DNA from: Octopus vulgaris
Lineage: Eukaryota
Reading direction: 5' to 3'
Assembly (NCBI GenBank): GCA_951406725.2
Contig: OX597814.1
Location: 124,372,001-124,436,000 of the forward strand
Length of the DNA: 64,000 bases
Program-made: the position numbers and the translations under genes
Shown here: positions 54,900 to 64,000 of the stretch, piece by piece
Position numbering within the stretch: position 1 is the first letter of the stretch
Layout: the number at the start of each line of letters is the position of its first letter
The notes under the pieces: generated by a model
The model's database searches: none
What the model saw: the letters and a program-made list of their open reading frames with translations, nothing else
What the model was told of the DNA's origin: nothing

Positions 54900-57300
54900 A
54901 TGAAGGAAATAGTGCGAAAAGGAACCGCAAAGGGATTACATTGGATATTAAGCTTGATGCTTTCAAAAGAATTGATGCATAGGCAAAACTAAGTTACATT
55001 GCCAAAACATTAATCTTGCCACATCTGAAGTGGAAACAATACGTGACAACAGAGAGAAAATTATCTCAAGTGTTCAAGAAGCTTCTTCGTTGACTGTCCG
55101 GACTTTGTTTTACCATAGATCTAATATAATGCTTAAAATGGAACGACACTTGGGTGTATGGAACGAGGCTCGGAATCGGCGTAATGTGACGATAGACATG
55201 ATGGTAATTCAAAAAAAGAAAGAACCAAAGGTTTATAGAAAAAGATTTGCATAAAAAGGAAAGTGAAACTTCTAATGAAAAATCCTTTTTGACTAATATA
55301 GTCTGGTTTAAAAGGTTTAAAGCGCATAAATTTGCACAACCTGAAAATGTTGATGAAACCGCACTCAGCTGGAAGCGTATGCGCGCTAAAAGAAAATATC
55401 AGCACCATAATTTAAAGCTTCTAAAAATCGGCTGACACTTCTGTGTGTGTGTGTGGACGGGGGTGGGGGGCGGAATGGCGCTGGTTATATGAAATTAAAA
55501 ACCCTACAGATGCATCACTCTGAATTTTCAAGGGCTTTTAAATGTTACATGAAATTTAGTCTACCTCCGATTTGGTGTTCAAATAAAAAGAAATAGATGA
55601 AAAACCTTTTCAAAGATTGGCTTACAAACGTTTTTGTTCTGTCAGCCAGTCTTTGAAAAGGTTTTTCATCTATTTCTTTTTATTTGAACGCCAAATCGGA
55701 GGTAGACTAAATTTCATGTAACTAAATTTCGTGTATTTCTCCCAAATCATTGCTTTTTAGACAATGCACCGAGGCCACCCAGCGAACTTAGATGACAAGA
55801 ATACAACTTCTTTGCTCCAGCCAATAGGTAAAGATGTGATTGCTAACTTCAAGATATATTATATGAGAAGAACTTACAAACAACTTATGAAGGCAATTCA
55901 CTTGGAGGATAAATCTACAGTTGGAAATTTCTGGAAGAAATTCAACATAATGCATACTGTGGATAATATAGCTTCATGAGATGAAGTGAAACCTTCACCT
56001 TTGAATAGGACTTGGAGAAGTATACGGCCAAACTATATCTGTGACACTACAAGTTTTTCTCAAACAGTAAGTCTACAACAAATTCGGACAGATATATTGT
56101 GACTCTTGCAAAAGGTGTAAGATTTGAAGATGTTATAGAGGATTATGCGACTGAGTTGCTAATGTCTCAGAAAGGAATTTTATTTAATCAGGAACCAATG
56201 TTTTAGTAATTGAACATACTGAGAATGTAGATGAGCCACTTCAATTGGCTACAGAAATTTTTGTTAAATGATTGAAACTTAGAGAGGAAGGTTTGCAGGT
56301 TTTTGCTGATAATGATACTAATCGAGAACGTAGCATAAAAATTACAAGAGGAGTTTACAATGAGCCCTGTTTCTATACCGAACTGTACAAAGAAACGATG
56401 TGTCATAAACAGCACAACTTTGAAGAAGCTCCTCGACCCTCAAGCTGATTTTCGTGATATTAAACTATAAGATAGTCAATATTGTCTTTTGTCCTCCTGG
56501 TAACGCTCGTTCCACCACCGCATCTCATACAGTTGTCAACATCTTTTGTGGTAAGAACGTACTCCTTCGATATTAAGATTCTTATTCATTCCCCAAAGTA
56601 TTCCTCTTGAACTGTTTTCGTGTTTTTATGTATCTACACCGTACCGTGTATGTTTAAAAGTTGTTGTTTTCATGTGCAAAGGCGATCATGTTGCTTGTTC
56701 TGTGTTGTTGAATTTTCCGTTCTTCTTCTATTTTATCTTTGTTCTCCAAAAACGTCCGTAGGAATGCAATCTCACTTGGTAATATGAAAATCAATAAAGG
56801 GCGGCGAGCTGCCAGAATCGTTAGCACACCAGGCAAAATGCTTAGCAGTATTTCGTCTGCCGTTACGTTCTGAGTTCAAATTCCGCCGTGGTCGACTTTG
56901 CCTTTCATCCTTTCGGGGTCGATAAATTAAGTACCAGTTACGCACTGGGGTCGATATAATCGACTTAATCCCTTTGTCTGTCCTTGTTTGTCCTCTCTGT
57001 GCTTAGCCCCTTGTGGGTAGTAAAGAAATAGGTATTTCGTCAACCGTTACGTTCTGAGATCAAATTCCGCTGTGGTTGACTTTGCCTTTCATCCTTTCGG
57101 TGTCGATTAAATAAGTACCAGTTACGCACTGGGGTCGACGTAATCGACTTAGTCGCTTTGTTCTTGTTTGTCCTCTCTATGTTTATAAAGAAATAAATAT
57201 GAAAATAAAAATTAAAAAAAACAACTTTCCATTATGGAATTTCTCTTTATGGTTAGATTTTCAGGAACGCATTACTTCCGTAAAGCGGAGGATTACTGTA
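54900..57300 (+). mobile_element. Tigger/pogo DNA transposon remnant (CENP-B-like HTH plus DDE)
   Basis: KRNRKGITLDIKL, MERHLGVW, WFKRFK, NVDETALSWKRM, LLDNAP, NTTSLLQPIGKDVIANFKIYY; Tigger-like end GGATTACTG-TA at about 57290-57300. Confidence 0.8.
56800..57196 (+). mobile_element. SINE family B tandem dimer nested in the Tigger
   Basis: Same architecture; AATATGAAAAT flanks. Confidence 0.9.
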
Positions 57301-58514
57301 ATACCGTTCATCCGGGAGAATGCAGTTACTCGCGGCACCGTAGAGCGAAGTGATGACCACGAAGTCGACTTCTTAACCAGATATCTATGTCTGTACCCAC
57401 GAATAATGTGTCAACTGTTTTAGCTGGTCAATGATGACTATAAAATATACTGACCGTATAACATCTACAACGTATAATATATAGAGCATATAATAATATA
57501 CGAAAGCAGATTTGTTAAAAGATTTATAATCCAACTGTTATCGAAATACTCGTAACCTAAGAATAAATGTGATTCTAATATTACCATTCATGTACTGGTC
57601 AGACTAAACATATATATTTATGTGTGTGTGTGTGTGTGCATGTGTGGAGAGAGAGGAGAGAGATAGAGGAGAAGGAGAATATGACGTTTCGAGCATGGCT
57701 ATTCGTTAGATATAGGAAGCTACCAAGCACAAAAGTCAAACGTTAATCTCAGAGCAGCCTCACTTGTATAAATATTTAAAACTTAAATTTTAAAGACAAG
57801 GCTTTCTTTCCAGGACGAGAAAATTATCCAGTTCTTATTGATTACTGACACTCTTAAACATTCTAGATAATATAATGATATACTAATATAATACTCATTC
57901 ATTTATATCATATAAGCTCACTCGTAAAGGAATGCGCCATTAACATGCATGCACAAGAAATTTTTAATGACACCCAAAGGTATTCTACAAGATTGGCATA
58001 GGTTCATTGATTCATTCATTTGCACGAAGAAGCCGTTATTAGCCAATAAATGTGCTGTTCCCTTTTCCCACAACGGCAATTAGCGTCATACAATATCCCC
58101 ACTGGTTTTCATTGGAGTCGGTGTTAAGAGGTGTAACATTTTTTCCTGGTCCAACATGTTTGTTATTTCAAGTGGTGTTCTAAAAAGTGTATTTATCCCT
58201 TGGCGTTTCACTGTCCAATATCGAACCTCTCTTTTTTGCACTCTCTTGTCATATATATATATCGTTCTCCCAGAGTCGTGCACTAAACACTTCTAGCATT
58301 TCGTCTTACCAGAACCTCCACCCTCAATAATTTCCTTCCTGCTCATGGATTATCTATAGATATCAACCAAGAAAAGTTAAAGACGAGCCTCATGCCTGGA
58401 GCAATACCTATCACTCTATATCTTTCAATAAATACACCAAACATGCGCACACGAACATACAATACATACGCGCACGTACACATGTTAGTACTGTTAGGCT
58501 GTGTGGATGCGCCG

Positions 58515-59536
58515 ACGTGGCTGTGTGGTAAGTAGCTTGTTTACCAACCACATGGTTCCGGGTTCAGCTCCACTGCGTGGCACATTGGAGAAGTGTCTTC
58601 TATTATAGCCTCGGGCCGACTAAAGCCTCGTCAGTGGATTTGGTAGACGGAAACTGAAAGGAGCCCATCGCATATATATATATACAGGATGTTTCAAAAA
58701 ATTTGATATCATTTCATAATCTAATAACTTTGCCAGTTCTGGTTCAAATGAGTTCAAATTTTAACAGCATGTGTAGAAACAGGTCAAAATCATATGTTTA
58801 ATGTTTGATATGTTTATCTTTTCAGGTACAGAAATGGAGGAACAAAAGCGTTTTGTGTGATGGTGTATGATCGAATGCAGTCGAACAAGATTATGCAGTA
58901 TGCATAAGAGAGTTCTCTAAAAAGTCCCCAATGGCAATGCAAATATGGACATGGCACAAAAAATTCAAACAGGAAGGCTGTCTGTGCAGGGCAAGAGGAT
59001 CTGGACGACCACTAACATCGGAAGAGACTGTCGAGCGGGTTCGCCAGAAACTCATGCGTAGCCCCAAGAAGTCCGTAAGAGGAACAAGTCTGGAAACCCA
59101 GATTCCTCCTACGACAGTTTGGCACGTCCTAAAGAATCGCTTGCAAATGGAGTTCTACAAGCTGCAGCTCGTTCAGGCCATAACGGCAGATGATAAGCGA
59201 AAGCGTGAACATGGGGCTATGTGAAAGACTTGGTCTATGTCTTTCCTCTTCCTGCAAACTTGGAAGAACTCGAGCAGAGAATCACTACCGCAATGGAGAC
59301 TGTTACCCAAGACATGCTGCAGCGTGTGCCGACTTGGCGTGTGCCGTGTCTCAAGGTGTGCACATGTTGAACATTTGTGAAATCGTTCATGGAATCCACA
59401 TGCCTTTGAATCTCTCATTCAAATTTAGAGGAATAAATCTTATGTTGCTCAACAGTAAGCTTGTTTAGTTTCATTTGCTTTGACTATGTAGTTTATGTGA
59501 TATTTACATCTCAAATGATATCAAATTTTGAGATGT

Positions 59537-59578
<42 letters not shown>

Positions 59579-59790
59579 TCATATATATGTGAGTGTTTGT
59601 TCCCCCACCATCGCTTGACAACCAATTTTGGTGTGTTTATGACCCCCGTAACTTAGCGGCTCGGCAAAAGAGACCAATAGAATAAGTACTAGGCTTACAA
59701 AGAATAAGTCCTTGGGTCGATTTGTTCGACTAAAGTCGGTGCTCCAGCATGGCCGCAGTCAAATGACTGAAACAAATAAAAGAATAAAGG
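58515..59790 (+). mobile_element. SINE family A split by a transposon insertion
   Basis: 5' half at 58515-58675 and 3' half at 59590-59790. Confidence 0.85.
58685..59535 (+). mobile_element. Internally deleted rosa-type Tc1/mariner transposon
   Basis: TIR AAAATTTGATATCATTT / AAATGATATCAAATTTT; HTH ORF WHKKFKQEG..GSGRP..RSPKKSVR..YKLQLVQ joined directly to C-terminal WGYVKDLVY. Confidence 0.85.
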
Positions 59791-59824
59791 AATAAGAATA
59801 GGTACACCGAGTGTAACATTAAAA

Positions 59825-60012
59825 TGCTGGTCATGTGACCACATGGGTTAAACACAAATATGGCTGCATCTATCGTGTTGCATCCCCGAGTGATACGTTT
59901 GACTCTAATCGTTCTGCTTAACCAGCTGGACAAAAACAAAATCAATTTCCGTTTCCCACTTTCGCAACTTCCGGTTCCGTCTCTAAATTCACGATATCCC
60001 GGATATGTAAGA
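59825..60012. promoter_or_regulatory. Candidate promoter/enhancer
   Basis: Unique CpG-enriched patch with E-box palindrome TGGTCATGTGACCA (59828), YY1-like AATATGGC (59857) and ETS site ACTTCCGG (59967). Confidence 0.3.
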
Positions 60013-60308
60013 AGCTAAACAGAAAGAAAAGTTAAAGAACACCGTAATGACGATGAAGAAGACATAATATTCCGTCATTAGAAATAATAATTAGATAAAA
60101 TAGATTAGAAACGTAATTAATCTCTGACCTTCTGCAGTATTCTGTTTTCTTTTAGTATTTCTTCAAAATCAGACGGCATCATTTCTAAGGATTTCTGGAA
60201 ATAAAAACGTAAATGAAACTTACTAAAATAATTAAATGTTAAATGAAACGGAATTAATCGTTTCTTGGTTTTTGTTCGGCTGAAAATTCTTCATTCCTTC
60301 TCTGTCTT

Positions 60309-60375
<67 letters not shown>

Positions 60376-60510
60376 CTTTGGCCAATCTCCAGCCGAATTT
60401 ATATATTCACAGAGCGGATGCAGGAAGCTGGTATGACTGGCTACTGCAGAATTAACATCTCATCTCTTCATCTCTTTCTTACTACCACGACCACGACCAC
60501 GACCACGACT

Positions 60511-60542
<32 letters not shown>

Positions 60543-61260
60543 CACCACCACCACCACCACCACCACCACCACCACTGCTACATGCCACCATTACCGCCAT
60601 CAGCACCAACGCTAACACCTCACTATCTCTATTACAAGAACTACACTGCTATCATCAACTCCATCGCACTACTATCCCTACCACCACCACCTGCTGCTGT
60701 TTGCTTGTTTGCTCCTCGTCATTGGCCATTGTTGCCTTAGCAGCCGAGAGCAATGTAAGTGGTAGCGTCCTCTCATCGGTTTACGTGATCTTTCGCAAGT
60801 CGATTCCTCCCAGTAAAGACGGTCAGGTGTCTACTCCTACTGTTCTTCCTTTCTGAGATATGTCCGTCCAAATATTACAACTATCCCTTGCGAGGGAGTG
60901 AGAATGAGTAGCTAACACGTACCGTACTTTCATAAAGTGTTTTAGTTCCCTTTACAATTGCAGGCAAATATAGACACCCTCTTCCCCCCACCCCATCCTA
61001 GGTTCAAGGGAATATCCAGAATGTGACTGCTAGAAGGAGATAGATAGATTGATAGAAAGAGAGGGGGAGGTAGTGGATAAGAAAGAGAGATGGGAGAAGG
61101 AGAGGAAGAGTGAGGGCGATAGAGAAAGAGAGTGAGAGACAGATAGAAAGAGAGACCCGTCCAATTAATTAATTAATTAATTAACATAAATTAAGAAGCG
61201 ACTGAAACAACTATTTGTCATTACTACCGAACAACGGAAAAAACAGAGAAACGAGATATG

Positions 61261-61314
<54 letters not shown>

Positions 61315-61416
61315 TTAAGGGTAGAAATTGATATTTATCAATTAAGACCAGTGGTCTAGCATATTAAGAATCCGAAGATTAAAATATTTATATATATATA
61401 TATATTTATATATTTA

Positions 61417-61462
<46 letters not shown>

Positions 61463-61506
61463 TATATATATATAAATATATATAAATATATATATATATA
61501 TATAAA

Positions 61507-61562
<56 letters not shown>

Positions 61563-61587
61563 GAGTGCATGTGTGTATATATATATA

Positions 61588-61637
<50 letters not shown>

Positions 61638-61641
<4 letters not shown>

Positions 61642-62090
61642 GAATTCCACCTTGTCTGATTTTCACGTTTTATTTACAATCTTATAATGATATATTATAA
61701 GATAATATATTATAATTGAATAAATAAAATGAAATAGTAGAATGTTAAATATTCATTCTGATTGAACTAGTACTTTCATGCATTGAATTCTGCAATCTTC
61801 GGGTTCATGTAGTAGTGTTGACAGTCATGCTTCACAATTTTTGACTGTCACAATTTTGTTTTTGACTGTCACAATTTTTGACAGTCAAAAATTGTGAAGC
61901 ATGACTGTCAACACTACTACATGAACCCGAAGATTGAATTCAATGCATGAAAGTACTAGTTCAATCAGAATGAATATTTAACATTCTACTATTTCATTTT
62001 ATTTTATTCAATTATAATATATTATCTTATAATATATCATTATAAGATTGTAAATAAAACGTGAAAATCAGACAAGGTTGGAATTCTTTA
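61638..62090. mobile_element. About 210-bp near-perfect inverted repeat, each arm carrying a hammerhead motif
   Basis: Arms 61638-61850 / 61879-62090; plus arm reads TGAAC-CCGAAGA-..-GAAA-GTAC-TA-GTTCA at 61922-61963. Confidence 0.85.
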
Positions 62091-62171
62091 TTAATATATT
62101 CTTCTATACACAATCACACACACCCATATATATATATATCTATATATATATATATATATATATATGTTGAT

Positions 62172-62367
62172 TCGCTAGCTTCTGCACGCATTTTTTCCTC
62201 TCCTTGTTTCTCTCCGTGTTTCTTTTCTGTGTATCTTTCTGTTGAAGAGCGTAGGCTCGAAACGTAAAAGACTTGTTTTATTTATATTCCTGAGCGCCAT
62301 ACTAATACAATTGTTTGTTTGTATTCCACCTGCCTTCGTCTTTTGTTTATTTTCATAAAGATTACCG

Positions 62368-62370
<3 letters not shown>
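62172..62370 (+). mobile_element. Penelope-like terminal fragment with minimal hammerhead
   Basis: TCTTT-CTGTTGA-A-GAGC-GTAG-GCTC-GAAAC-GTA-AAAGA at 62234-62271; lies between (TA)n tracts. Confidence 0.7.
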
Positions 62371-62414
<44 letters not shown>

Positions 62415-62874
62415 TGCATACATACATTTATACATACATATGTGTATGTATACGCATACGCATGTGCGCACGCGTACACATGTATTATCAGGTTTGATCT
62501 GACTAATCTTCTCACACGGTTACATATATCAAGTACGGCATTTTATTGCTGTCACAAAACACCATCATAAGAGTTTTGCTATGCATTCACTATCTCGTTT
62601 TAAGATAGTACAGATAACAAAGCAGCGCGCATTAACCTGACAAATAAGTTAACTGCACCGTTTTTGTTTTCACAACATCTTCAGCTCTATACCCTTAGTT
62701 ACCACAAAACACAATTTCTTTAGAATCACTTACAAATTATTCTCACCGCAACAGACTCGCACAGAAACGAAGAAATGAAAACATTTTCAAAAACTTTAAA
62801 GGAATGAAGAACAACGAAATGAGACCTAGCAACAAAAGGAGTCAAAGTTTTAGATATTCAACAGTACCACAATC

Positions 62875-63045
62875 ACACACTTTTGCGCGCATGACGCTTC
62901 GTCAACGAAGAAGAGGTGATGAGGAGCTTCAGTGCAGGAGTTGCCCGCCTCGATGGACATGAACCTGTATCAGTTCAGGATCAAAGAGCTGGCAGGAAGG
63001 TGGCTTCAGACGGTGGAACACGAAGGCATCTACTTTGAATGCTAG
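62875..63045 (+). pseudogene. Mariner transposase C-terminal fragment
   Basis: Translates ASMDMNLYQFRIKELAGRWLQTVEHEGIYFEC*. Confidence 0.7.
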
Positions 63046-63641
63046 GTTGCTTTTGTTGTAAACTTGACGAATGAAGCAAATAAGTTACTAAAATATTGTA
63101 AAACTTTTGACTCAACGCAATAAATTTATAAAATAAAAGAGAAATTACTGATAGCAAATAAATAAAGGCACAGAAGAGCAGAAAATGTGTTAACATTTGT
63201 ATTCAACATAAAACACCAAAATATCAGTATATCACTATACAGAGAGCTATGAGCTATAACAGTGAGGAATAACAACAGCAGCAACAACAGCAGCAGCAGC
63301 CGCAACAACAGCAGCAGCAGCCGCAACAACAGCAGCAGCAGCCGCAACAACGAAAATAGGTGATACCACACTCAGTGTCATAGTAACAACCGTAAATTCT
63401 ATATTCACATTGCGATACCAACGAAACACTCTTATCAGAAATTTATCGAAAAAATGTCCACAAAATAAATAAATAAAATAAAAATATAACAAAATAAAAG
63501 AAAAACACAAATAAGGCCGGAATGTAAAAACGAAAATATATGACTTCTACCCATGATTTTTACTCCTCTTTGCATCAGTTACTTGTACCTAAATAGCTAT
63601 GGAGAATTCTAGACCCTGAAAAGCCTTAGGGCAGGACATAT

Positions 63642-63799
<158 letters not shown>

Positions 63800-63877
63800 A
63801 TGTGTGTGTGTGTATGTGTATGTATGTATGTATGTATGTATGTATGTATGTATGTACGTATGTATATATATATATAT

Positions 63878-63920
<43 letters not shown>

Positions 63921-64000
63921 CATATATATAGGGCCTGCAATAATCACTAAAATCATTAAAATCTACAACTGCTCTTATCAACTACCGACTACTTATATGC

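Noticed and set aside
57860-58430. Possible GIY-YIG C-terminus (KREVRYW..GINT) on the minus strand
   Set aside because: A single weak motif, not enough to call

Overview
Eukaryotic, AT-rich, microsatellite-saturated non-coding DNA. The SINE and LINE complement looks like an octopus/cephalopod genome (inference from recalled repeat types, not from a search). I found no host protein-coding exon I can support, and nearly all ORFs in the track are microsatellite artefacts. The window is a dense patchwork of three tRNA-derived SINE families, R4/Dong-like non-LTR retrotransposon fragments (including a head-to-tail stack of three 3' ends inside a (TAA)n tract), and remnants of mariner, rosa/DD41D, Tigger/pogo, Gypsy and probable HERO elements. 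The most notable signal is a set of about ten short Penelope-like termini carrying minimal type-I hammerhead ribozyme motifs from at least six sequence families. Each family has its own palindromic helix III, and several copies sit in long inverted repeats next to (TA)n tracts. Also noted: a candidate HDV-like ribozyme fold, TSD-bounded SINE dimers, a candidate SINE 3' transduction and a candidate promoter near 59.9 kb. All structures were assigned by eye and none were computed.
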